A stretch of 48,255 nucleotides of DNA from Octopus sinensis (taxonomy: Eukaryota). The translations under genes were made by a program, and so were the position numbers. The stretch is from contig NW_021834625.1 of NCBI RefSeq assembly GCF_006345805.1, forward strand, positions 1-48,255, written 5' to 3'. Shown here in pieces: positions 36,528 through 47,516 of this stretch (positions are counted from its first letter, which is position 1; each line of letters begins with the position of its first letter). The notes beneath the pieces were generated by a model, which saw only the letters and a list, made by a program, of their open reading frames with translations, had not been told where the DNA came from and did not search any database.

Positions 36528-36828
36528 TCTTTATATAAAAAGTGAGGTTGTGTGTCTGTCTCCTATGATTTAGATTCCTAACTACTCCCACATTTTGCAG
36601 TGCAGTTTACCCAAAAGCGGTTATCTTATAGTCATGATTCATATCGAGCCCTTCTGGGTATTAGCGTGCGTCTACGATGAGTCTTCGATTTAAAAAAAAA
36701 ATTATCATAATTTTTTTCCCATTTTTAATGCATTTTTTTGCTATTAGATAAGGGAAGTAAATCTCTAAAAAAATGCTTATATTGTTATTTCCCTTACAAA
36801 CCCGAGCAACGCCGGGCGATACTGCTAG
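36528..36828 (+). mobile_element. Non-autonomous Helitron
   Basis: A|TCTTTATATAAAA ... hairpin cccgagcaacgccggg (36801-16) ... CTAG|T. Confidence 0.9.
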
Positions 36829-37004
36829 TTATATATATTTTTTAAATCATTATATGATTATGTAATTTTTAATTTAATTTCTTTACAGATCACCTTCAAC
36901 TCTGATAGAATACCGATAACAGCAGTAGAATCAAGAACAACAACAACAACTACCACAATTTCAGAGACGCCTGTAGCACTTTCAGCAACAGTAGCTGCAG
37001 CAGC

Positions 37005-37370
37005 GTGGAGGCGCAATGGCCCAGTTGTTAGGGCAGTGGACTCGCGGTCGGAGGATCGCGATTTCGATTCACAGACCGGGCGTTGTGTGTGTTTATTGAG
37101 CGAAAACACCTAAAGCTCCACGAGGCTCCGGCAGGGGGTGGTGGCGACCCCTGTTGTACTCTTTCGCCCCAACTTTCTCTCACTCTTTCTTCCTGTTTCT
37201 TGTCCCCGACTTCCTACGCAACACCTCTGCCTGGATGCGCATCCATCCGTCGCTGCTCTCGGTGTCGGGGGGTTGACCTGCTTTCTCTTCTGCGGGTCTT
37301 ACGAATAGCAAAGGACCACGTTTCGGACTTCTCCCATCTTGCGAGCTCTGGGACGAAGACCGTGCGCTTA
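37005..37370 (+). mobile_element. tRNA-Arg SINE with a third, GC-rich tail type
   Basis: Head and core as at 23047 up to about 37200; tail gtccccgacttcctacgcaac...gaagaccgtgcgc followed by (AAC/AGC)n. Confidence 0.85.
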
Positions 37371-37896
37371 ACAGCAACAGCAACACCAGCAGCAGCAGCA
37401 GCAGCAACAGTAGTAGTAGCAATTGTCACTATTGATACCTACAAGAGTAATAACAACAACGATTTCAACAATAATAATCTGGACAAAAACAACGATGATG
37501 ATTAAAGCTGGGTCATAAATAATGGTGGTGGTGGTGGTGGTGGTGATAGTGGGGGGGGGTAGAGTCGATGATAGTTGTTGCGGTTGTCGTGGTACAGTTG
37601 GTGAAGGCAGTAGTGATCATAGTGTTGTTGGTGGTGATGGCGGTGATGACGGTGGTGGTGGGTATGCTGCTGGTCATGTTGGTGGAGATGGTGGTGGTGG
37701 TAGTGGTAGTAGAGGGGTTGACGGATAGGCACTGTGGTGATGGTGGTGGTAGTGGTGAGGTTGGTAGTAGTGGTAGTTCGGGTTGTAGAGATGATGGTAG
37801 CGGCGGTGTTAGTAACAGTAGTGGTATTAGTAGTGGTGGTGGTGATATTTGTCTCTATTGCTTCTGCATACAGACATACACACACACACATATAGT

Positions 37897-38268
37897 CTTT
37901 ACTTTTTTTACTTGTTTCAGAATTCGACTGTGGCCATGATGCAGCAGCGCTTTTAGTCGAACACATCGACCTCAAGGCTTACTTTTTATTAGCCTAGTAT
38001 TTATTTTATCGTCCTCTTTTGCCGAACCGCTAAGTAACGCGGACGTAAGCACAACAACATCGGTTGTCAAGCGATGGTGGTGGTGGTGGGTGGGGCAAAC
38101 ACAGATACACAAATAAATACATATATGTATATATGACGGGCTTCTTTCAGTTTCCGTCTACCAATCCAGTCACAAGGCTTTGGTCGGCCCGAGGCTATAG
38201 CAGAAGACACTTGCTCAACGTTCCACACAATGGGACTGAACCCGGGACCATATGATTGGTAAGCAAGC
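37897..38268 (-). mobile_element. SINE family B
   Basis: Full body match including gacgggcttctttcagtttccgtctaccaa...gggactgaacccgggacca. Confidence 0.9.
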
Positions 38269-38391
38269 CACACACACACATATAGCCACACACACACACG
38301 CACATATATATATTTTGTACTTTTACTTGTTTCAGTCATTAGACTGCGGCCATGCTAATATTTGTTTATTTATTTAAAGAGAGAGAGAGAG

Positions 38392-38432
<41 letters not shown>

Positions 38433-38539
38433 TGGTTTTTGCTGTTAGTCGTCAGTCATAAGATTAAAACCAACATGGAGTATTTACAATTCACAGACCA
38501 ATCCCGTCTAAAACAAGCTTCTGACTAGTTTACTTATTA

Positions 38540-38920
38540 TAAACTTATTTCTCTCTATCACTTTCTTTCCTTCCATTTCCTGTCTCTCATATTTCTCTTG
38601 TATTCTTCAATTCCCAAAATATTTCATCTGGTTTTTCTTATTCTTTTCTTTCCTCCCCTCTGAGCAATTTAGATTTTAAACCCATTTTATCATCTTCGAG
38701 TTGTTTCTTCTAAATTATTTCACACATTTTTTTTTATTCTATCGCTGGTTTCTATATTTATTTCTTCTTCAACTCATTCTACTTCTATTCATGTTCTGCC
38801 CCATACTGTCTGTCTTCAAAAGCCATTCTTTCTATAAGCATCTGTCTCCATTGTAGAAGTTTCAGTCTCTGTTGTACATCAAGCGTAGATATTTTAAACT
38901 TGGTTGAAATTTCTCCTCAA
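38540..38920 (-). pseudogene. Stop-riddled charged coiled-coil-like reading frame, possibly an LTR-retrotransposon gag remnant
   Basis: Minus frame reads GEISTKFKISTLDVQQRLKLLQWRQMLIERMAFEDRQYGAEHE*K*NELKKK...KKQLEDDKMGLKSKLLRGEERKE*EKPDEIFWELKNTRE; no diagnostic motif. Confidence 0.25.
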
Positions 38921-39842
38921 TGGGAATATTCAATATATAAGGAAAAATGTTGGAAATTCCGGTAGGGAAATTGTTTTTAGACTGAAAAATTCTTCATCAT
39001 TCATTATTCACACAGTTTTTGCTAGATTTATTCTTCTTAATGTTGAGTTTAAGGATGATAAGGTTAAATTAATACAAGGCCAGTCATGCTATGTAATAAA
39101 TTTTCAGCATTATGCGATAAATTTATGCAATAAACTGTATTGGTTTGAAGACTGGGCACGGGGAAACCGAGATGGCGATGTAGAAAAGTTGGTGGAATAT
39201 AGAAAAATGGTTAAGAAATACTTGCTAAAAAGAAGAAAAAAGAAAGAAAAAGAATTGTTTTTTTCTTTGTACTTATGGAAAAAGATAATGAATGAATTAA
39301 GTGCCATGAGCGTCGGAATAAATTCATATTCGATGTTTTAGTTATTGGTGTTTAACCAATATAATACAGATAAGAACAAGAGGATTATAGAATGAATACC
39401 ATTCCAAGATCATTTCGAATTTCCGACTTCAATATTATAGGTTGTTTTCGCAAATTACTTCCCTGCGTATGTGTTTCTTTCCTTGAGTTCCTAAACTGGC
39501 GTCACACGAAAGCTGCAGGAAGTGTGAACCGCGCAGGGTGAAAGTGTCAAAGAGATGACGCCAGAAAGACTTCAGATAAATAAATAAATAGATAAATAAA
39601 GAAAGAAATAAGTAAATAAATAAGATGACATATGAAATAGAAGCCTAATCCGCTAATACATGATGCCAATAAAAGTTAATATCCGTTAATGTTTGTAAAC
39701 GTTTTAACAGCCTACACAAAATATGCAACAGTTAAAATCGCCATGATAACTTTAATCACCTGCCTACCTTTATTAGTGCTACAATAACTTCCTTGTAAAA
39801 TTTGGTATGTTTTCGCTTGAAACCTGTATATCCCGTGTAGCA

Positions 39843-40076
39843 ATACCTATTTCTTTACTACCCACAAGGGGCTAAACACAGAGAGGATAAACAAGGACAG
39901 ACACACGGATTAAGTCGATTATATCGACCCCAGTTCGTAACTGGTACTTATTTAATCGACCCCGAAAGGATGAAAGGCAAAGTCGACCTCGGCGGAATTT
40001 GAACTCAGAACGTAACGGCAGACGAAATACGGCTCCGCATTTCGCCCGGCGTGCTAACGTTTCTGCCAGTTCACCG
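39843..40076 (-). mobile_element. SINE family A
   Basis: Near-consensus reverse-complement copy whose 3' end reads aaagaaataggtatt. Confidence 0.92.
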
Positions 40077-40700
40077 TTTAACGTAAAGAGTAAGAGAATG
40101 TTGATGTTTTTTGCATCAGTTTTGCTATTTTTTTTTACCAAATATTCTCTTAAACCTCAAGCAGCTATTTCAATGTAAGCACAATTGAGACTCCGTATGT
40201 GATTTTGTAATATTCTTTCTGTTATACGGACAAGACCTGAAATTTTAATGGGAGGGTGTTAGTCGAATACATCAACCTCCAGTAATCAACTGGTACTTAT
40301 TTTACCGACCGCGGTGACATTTGAATCCAGGACATAAATAAAGCCAAGTGAAATGGCACTTTAAGCACTTTTTTCGCCAGCTCACCACCGTCTTCTGTGA
40401 TTTTGTAATATCAAATGTGCAGTTTAAAATGAGGCAATATCTATATTACCACTATTCCAGACATACATTTTACAAGTAGCTTCAGTACGAAAATTCTAAA
40501 TCTTTTCCGCTGGTCTGGTACAAGAGAAAGTACAAGTTGGCGAGTGCTACGTTGCGTTATGAAACTGGGTGACACCTGAAATCAAATGAAATCATTGCTT
40601 CCTCTTTCATTTTTTACTCTTCTTCTTGTTTTAGTCTTTAGATTAAGACCTGGCTGGGGTAATTCTTTGAAGGGTTTAGTCGAAATATATCAGAGGATTC

Positions 40701-41130
40701 TTTTCTACTCTAAGCCCAAAGCCCGAAATTTTGGAGGTGGGAGCAAGTCGATTAGATCGACCCCAGTACGCAACTGGTACTTAATTTATCGACCCCGAAT
40801 GGATTAAAGACAAAGTCGACTTCGGTGGAATTTGAACTCAGAACATAAAGACAGACGAAATACCGCTTAACATTTCGCCCGGCGTGCTAACGTTTCTTAT
40901 TTCTTTACTGACCGCAAGGGGCTACACACATAAGGGAAAAACAAGGACAGACAAAGGGATTAAGTCGATTATATCGACCCGAGTGTGTAACTGGTACTTA
41001 TTTAATCGACCCCGAAAGGATGAAAGGCAAAGTCGATCCCGGCGGAATTTGAACTCAGAACGTAAAGACAGACGAAATACCGCTAAATATTTCGCCCGGC
41101 GTGTTAGCGTTTCTGCCAGCTCGCGGCCTT
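40701..41130 (-). mobile_element. SINE family A tandem dimer
   Basis: Full unit 41130-40895 joined at aaagaaataagaaacgttagcacg to a second unit with the alternative tail. Confidence 0.9.
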
Positions 41131-41139
41131 ACATATATC

Positions 41140-41570
41140 AGAGGACTGCGGAAGTTATTCATGCTCTTGAGAATCGAGAGAAATGTGTTTGCTCAGCTCG
41201 TAGTATTACAAAAAAAAAAGAAAAAGAAACCCACAAAATACATTGTGTTCTTAATGCCCTACTATATGGATGTAAAACGTGGGTAAGCTACAGGCATCAT
41301 ATCTAGCTAAGGGTAAAAGTTTCATTTGTGTTGTTCCCGATGTATCCAGAAGAGTAAGTGGTCCACTAATACATCCCGATGCTGTTACGCTTAAGAAAAT
41401 GGTCAGAAGAGTATTAAGAAAAGAATAATTTTGAATCAGAAGCGTTGGAATGGTTGTCAGAAGAGAAGCTCGAGCTTCAACAGATAGTTCCTTTATATAG
41501 AGATGGTCAGAGTGAAAAGGGTCACAACATGAAACAAGGAAGCGAATTAAAGATGATATAAAGGGCATTC
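41140..41570 (+). mobile_element. RTE-clade LINE remnant (RT C-terminal region)
   Basis: VLNALLYGCKTWVSYRHHI matches the RTE motif LLYGCETW..Y..H; downstream RKRIKDDIK matches the K.R.KD..K motif. Confidence 0.7.
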
Positions 41571-41572
41571 AA

Positions 41573-41896
41573 TGGAAGGCGTGGAACTTAGTGGTTAGGG
41601 CATTCGGCTCACGATTGTAAGGTCGCGAGTTCAATTCCATGTGACGCGTTGTGTCCTTGAGCAAGACACTTTATTTCACGTTGCTCCTGTCCACTCAGCT
41701 GTCAAAAATGAGTAGTACCTTTGTTTCAAAGGGCCAACCTTGTCACATTCTGTGTCATGCTGAATCTCGCTGAGAACTACGTTAATGGTACACGTGTCTG
41801 TGGAATACTCAGCCACTTGCTCATTTATTTGGCGAACAGACTGTTTCGTTGATGGGATCAACAGGAACCGCCGTTGTTGTAACCGGCAGATTGTCA
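41573..41896 (+). mobile_element. tRNA-derived SINE (tgtgtccttgagcaagacactt core plus family D tail)
   Basis: Head ggaaggcgtggaacttagtggttaggg...gagttcaattcc; tail shared with 23047-23437. Confidence 0.85.
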
Positions 41897-41957
41897 ACAT
41901 GGAGAAAAAAAAAGCAATCTTAAATATTTGGAGATAGAACTGAATAATTGAGAGGTA

Positions 41958-42000
41958 TTATAATAATAATAATATAATAATAATAATAATAATAATAATG

Positions 42001-42031
<31 letters not shown>

Positions 42032-42082
42032 TAATAATAATATGATAATGATAATAATAATAAAATAATGATAATACTAATG

Positions 42083-42120
<38 letters not shown>

Positions 42121-42453
42121 TATGATAATAATAATAATAATAATAATAATGATAAATATAATACTAATAATAATAATAATAATGATAAGATAATAATATA
42201 CTAATCATAATAATGATGATAATAATAATAATAATGATAATATAATGATAATAATATAATACTAATAAGTAATAATGATAATAATGATAATAATAATAAT
42301 AATAATACATGATAATAATAATAATGATAATAATAATAATAATGATAATAATATAATAATGATAATGATAATGATATGATAATGATATAATAATAATAAT
42401 AATGATAATATATGATAATAATAATAATGATAATAATAATAATAATGATAAAA

Positions 42454-42491
<38 letters not shown>

Positions 42492-42580
42492 ATAATAATA
42501 ATGATAATAATAATAATAATGATAATAATATAATCATATAATAATGATAATAATAATAATAGATAATAATAATAATAATA
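41958..42580. repeat. (AAT/GAT)n microsatellite, ~620 bp
   Basis: Directly visible. Confidence 0.97.
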
Positions 42581-43453
42581 CCTTATGTTATGTTAATATA
42601 CATACTGTAATATGTATAATATATAGGTGTGTGTGTCTGTGTGAGTGTCCCGTGTGTGTACATGTGTTGTCTGTGTGTGTGTTGTGTGTGTGTATGTGTG
42701 TGTGTGTGCGTGTGTGCATAAGGTTACGACCGTCACACGCGAAGCAAGAAAGCTTTGGCAACATGTGCAAATAAATGACTTCCTTAATTGTTTTCCTTTC
42801 CTCGTTCCCTTGTAAGCAGACACGGCCCTTCCGCACAGAAGCCCGCGGAATAGCCAGAACGTAGCAGTGAAATGTGCGAGAAACCTGATCCGACTTATAC
42901 AGGTTCAATTTTGTAATCAACCCCGAAGGAATCAAAGGCAAAAACTAACAACCACCGTCAGGATTCGAAATAAGAGAACAGACGGACGGAGCTTGTATCG
43001 GAACGCATATATTTATTTCTTTATGTTATATTAAATGTTATTCCTCACTTAACAGATGTGTAATTAGAAAACTCCCTCCTCTTCGCAAAATTAATATGTG
43101 CGAGCTATAATGCCATGATCTGACCTCTTCGTAAAACATCTACGTTTTAAATAGCAGCTTTTTTTCACACTTACTTTCACATATACAGACACATACGTTC
43201 TCGCACGCGCGCACCTCTTGCACACAGAAAAAGTATATACATTTATATATGGTAGTTGAGCTTTCGGTTCGAATCCCCCCATATATATATATATATATAT
43301 ATATATAGTATATATATATTATATATATATACGCAATATTATATGTATCTATATAGTATATATATATGTTATATATTATTATATATATATATATAAGAAT
43401 ATATATATATATTATATATATAATAATATATATATTATATATATATATATATA

Positions 43454-43660
43454 ACGGGAAGCTTTATGAAAATAAACAAAAGACGAAGCAGATGGCTACA
43501 AACAAACAATTGTATTAGTATGGCGCTCAGGAATATAAATAAAACACGGTTTTTACGTTTCGAGCCTACGCTCTTCAACAGAAAGATACACAGAAAAGAA
43601 ACACGGAAAGAAGCAGGAGAGAAAAAAAATGCGTGCAGAAGCTAGCGTATCAACATGGGC
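43454..43660 (-). mobile_element. Short PLE pseudo-LTR-like element in (TA)n with variant HHR-like motif at 43550-43585
   Basis: Minus strand reads cttt-CTGTTGA-A-gagc(gtag)gctc-GAAA-cg-TA-aaaa; homologous to 3755-3943. Confidence 0.65.
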
Positions 43661-43737
43661 GATATATATATATATTATATATATATATAATATATATATA
43701 TCTATATATATAGATATATATATATACATATATATAT

Positions 43738-44007
43738 AATTATAAATAATTATAAATAAGGGCAAAAGAAAAAAAATTATTTGCAAATATACTGAAATAG
43801 ACGCTAAATAGTCTAACCACATGAAAATATTTTCACTAATATTTTACGAATATTTACGAATTTCTGTTGGCCTGCTTCCTCGTTTCGACACGTGTGGAAT
43901 AATAAGAGTGAAGATATTTTAATGTGGTTAGATGATTTAGCGTCTATTTTAGTATATTGGCAAGGGTATTTTTTCTTTTGCCATTATTTATAATTGTATT
44001 TATAATT
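43738..44007. mobile_element. Fold-back element with ~100-bp inverted arms adjoining (TA)n
   Basis: 43738-43837 pairs with the reverse complement of 43907-44007 (aaatagacgctaaat/atttagcgtctattt; tctaaccacat/atgtggttaga). Confidence 0.8.
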
Positions 44008-44273
44008 TCACCTTTAAAGGTATTTCTTAATATGCTGGCTACTGAGAAAGTTTTTTGAAAAAAATTTATCCTTATATTTAAAGTACACACACACAAACAC
44101 ACATATTATTGTGTTTGGGGAGAGTCATTCTCTTTTAGTGCCTTATTAATTTAACACACTCTAAGGTCTGATTTCCACTAATTTATTTCCTTATTTTTAC
44201 TAAACATACACACACAGGCACACACACACACGCACACACATACAAACACACATACACACACACATACACACAT

Positions 44274-44577
44274 GTTTTTGTTTTTTCCTTCTCGAGCCAT
44301 GAATGGTTCATAAGGGCTGGTTTCCCGGTTTCCTTGGCGTATAGATTCCACACCTGGACGGGACGCTGGTCCTTCGCAGGTGAGCTGCAAGATGCAGGAG
44401 GAAAAAGTGAAAGTTGTGGCGAAAGAGTCAGCAGAAGTTCGCCATTACTTTTTGTCGGAGCCGCGTGGAGCTTAGGTGTTTCGCTCATAAGCACACACAT
44501 CGTCCGGTCTGAGATTCAAACCCGCGATCCCTCAACCGCGAGTCCGCTGCTCTAACCACTAAGTCCTGTGCCTCCAC
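44274..44577 (-). mobile_element. tRNA-Arg-derived SINE (family C), full length
   Basis: Reverse complement of 7281-7566 plus the tail ggctcgagaaggaaaaaacaaaaac. Confidence 0.92.
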
Positions 44578-44857
44578 TACACACATATATACATACATAT
44601 ATATATTCACTATCCGTACATGGTGCTGGTAACAGAAAAAAAAAACTAGAAATGCATCGACCTTTCCACTAGAGGCCTACCATGAAATAAATGTTGCCGT
44701 TTTAACAACTATTGCTAAAATTGTAAATTTTTGCCAAAGCCAAACAGCAGTGAATTCGATCAAAAATGCTCCAAATATATTTAAAACTTATATTTAATTG
44801 TTTGTATATTCACAACACTGCTTCAACTCCCGTACTACATAGATACGTATATATATA

Positions 44858-46130
44858 CAGGGGCATGACAAAATAATGGAAACACCTAGCGTTATAGCAT
44901 CATAAATTTGAAATATTTATACAACCGTAAAATGTTTCTTCATTTTTATGTTTTTTGATTTATTACAAGTGTTGCTTAATATGTTTTGCTAAAATTGCTA
45001 TTTCTTTTCAGATATCATCGGAAAAAGGTAATCAAAATTTATTAACATGACAGATCTACCGGACTTTCAAAGAGGTGAAATTGTTGGTGCTCGTATGGCA
45101 GGCGTTAGCGTAACGAAAATAGGCGAAACGTTTGGTGTATCAAGAAGTACTGTCTTGAAAGTAATGACAGCCTTTGAGAAAGAGGGAAAAACCTCCTCGT
45201 TGAAACGAAATTCTGGAAGAAACCCAAAATGTTCAGACAGGGACCGTCGGACTCTTACGCGAATTGTTTGAAAGGATCACAAAAGTACAGCTCCCAAAAT
45301 TACTGCAGAGCTTAATGGCCACCTCAAGAACCCTGTTTCCACAAAAACTGTTCTCCGGGAGCTGCACAATGCCGGATTTCACGGTAGGGTTGTCGTCAGA
45401 AAACCACCATTTTCAAAAACAAATGTTGCAAAGCGATTAGAGTGGAGTAAAAACCTACAGAATTGGTCCCTAGAGCAATGGAAGAATGTTATTTTCTCGG
45501 ACGAATCCCCTTTTACCTTATTTTCGACCACCGGCCGAGTAAACATGTGGAGACTGCCAAAAGTAGCATTTGACCCAGACTGCCTTCTTCCAACTGTTAA
45601 ACATGGAGGAGGATCTATGATGATCTGGGAGGGTGTGCTATATCTTGGAAATCCGCCGGTCCAACGGTTTCCCTTCGTGGCAGAATTAATAGTCAAGACT
45701 ATTTAAGCATGTTATCTGATCAAATTCATCTTATTGTTGTGGAAATGTTACTGGAGGGAAACGCAATTTTTCAGGATGATATTGCACCAATTCACACAGC
45801 TTAAGTTGTTACTGAATGGCACTAGGAACATTCTAGTTAAGTGGAACATCTTATCTGGCCACCACAGCCCCAGATCTCAATATTATTGAACATTTATGGT
45901 ACATTTTAAAAAAACAAGTGAAGAATCGATACCCTCTACCATCATCACTACAAAAACTGGACTGTTTTAACTGAAATAGACAAAAATTTCTTTGGAAACA
46001 ATTCAAATTTTGCACGAGTCTATACTTCGTAGAATTCAAGCTGTAATTACTGCCAAAGGTGGTCCTACCCCTTATTGCAATGAATTTGTTTGAAAGTTTA
46101 AGGTGTTACCATTATTTTGTCCAACTCCAG
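44858..46130 (+). mobile_element. Full-length Tc1-type transposon with DD36E spacing (Incomer-like), inactive
   Basis: 1273 bp, TA flanks, ~30-bp TIRs (caggggcatgacaaaataatggaaacacct / aggtgttaccattattttgtccaactccag). Confidence 0.93.
45047..46078 (+). pseudogene. Tc1-family transposase pseudogene
   Basis: MTDLPDFQRGEIVGARMAG...SGRNPK...RTLTRIV*...WKNVIFSDES...PTVKHGGGSMMIW...FQDDIAPIHTA*VVTEWH*EHSS*VEHLIWPPQ(S)PDLNIIEHLW; at least 4 stops and 2-3 frameshifts. Confidence 0.92.
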
Positions 46131-46157
46131 TATATGTATATACGAGTGACTGTGTGT

Positions 46158-46158
46158 T

Positions 46159-46245
<87 letters not shown>
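46158..46245. repeat. (GATA)n microsatellite
   Basis: About 21 perfect units. Confidence 0.97.
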
Positions 46246-46844
46246 GGATTTATAGATGGGCATATGAATATAAATATATATGTTTAAGTGTGAAATGGAA
46301 AACATTAAGCGATACACTCTAGCATTATTTAGTTTGTTACATATGTATTAGGCGTATTCCTGTAATCCTGCAGACGATAATTTAAATAATATGAAATATA
46401 TCGAAAGTTTCCTCTATAGAGCCTTCGAGAGCGGTTTCCATTGATTTTGGCTGGACACACATACGGATTTTTGAAAAAGAGCTGAGGCTTCTTGCCGAGT
46501 ATTTCACCGTCACTTATGGCCATTCCACTTTGTCATCTCGCCAAAAATTGCAGAATTTGCCTACTTATCGACACCAGAAGATCCTATTCAATAATTTCCA
46601 GCTAGTTAAAGATTAAAATACATAGGAATAAGTTTATGTTTTGTAACATAAACTAACGAGAACAAACCTTACAAATGCTGTATGGGAAGCTTCTGCGCTT
46701 TTTTCACTTTTATTTGAATTATCGAGCGAAATATCAGAAGGTTGTAACCTGCGTTTATGTGTGAAACCATTTTGCAATAAACATGTCCTTTGTCATACGT
46801 ACTGAGTGCTCTTGTTGTTCGTCTTTTATTTGCACGCGTAAACA

Positions 46845-46940
46845 TTTATGTGTGTGTGTGTGTGTGTGCGTGTGCGTGTGTGAGTGCGTGCGTTCGTGCG
46901 CGTGCATACATATATAGTGATTTATGTAAATATATATATT

Positions 46941-46973
<33 letters not shown>

Positions 46974-47243
46974 GTTATATATATATAATGTATATATATA
47001 TGTACATAATATATATATATATAACGTATCTATTAATACGTATATATGTAGGTATATGTATGCATGTATGTATATATATATATACATTATATATACATAT
47101 ATAGTAATTTTTATAATTCGATACTTTTAAAGGACGGTGGTATTGAACTTTTACATGAAAAATGTTGACCATGTCTTCGAAATTTCGACGTTTTGTGGTT
47201 TTGTCTTCCTCAAATTGTATGCCCGTTGGTGTGTATTCATGTA

Positions 47244-47283
<40 letters not shown>

Positions 47284-47440
47284 TATATATATTATATATA
47301 TGTATATATATATATAAGGTGTGTGTGTGTTACACATGCATGCGTGTGTTTATGTATGTACATATACGTATATATGTATGTATTATGCATATATGTATGC
47401 ATATGTATATGTATACATGTATATATGTATACATGTATTA

Positions 47441-47516
<76 letters not shown>

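Noticed and set aside
38690-39060. Minus-strand frame with many in-frame TGA codons (NUMT or recoding?)
   Set aside because: The frame also contains TAA, and reading TGA as Trp yields no recognisable mitochondrial protein.
10147-41306. Recurring peptide NWYLIYRP.KDERQSRPRRNLNSERK in many ORFs, suggesting a gene family
   Set aside because: It is the antisense reading of the family A SINE core, not a protein.
46390-46600. IESFLYRAF / IFEKELRLLAEYF resembles a PLE RT C-terminal helix region
   Set aside because: Too short and divergent to call by eye.
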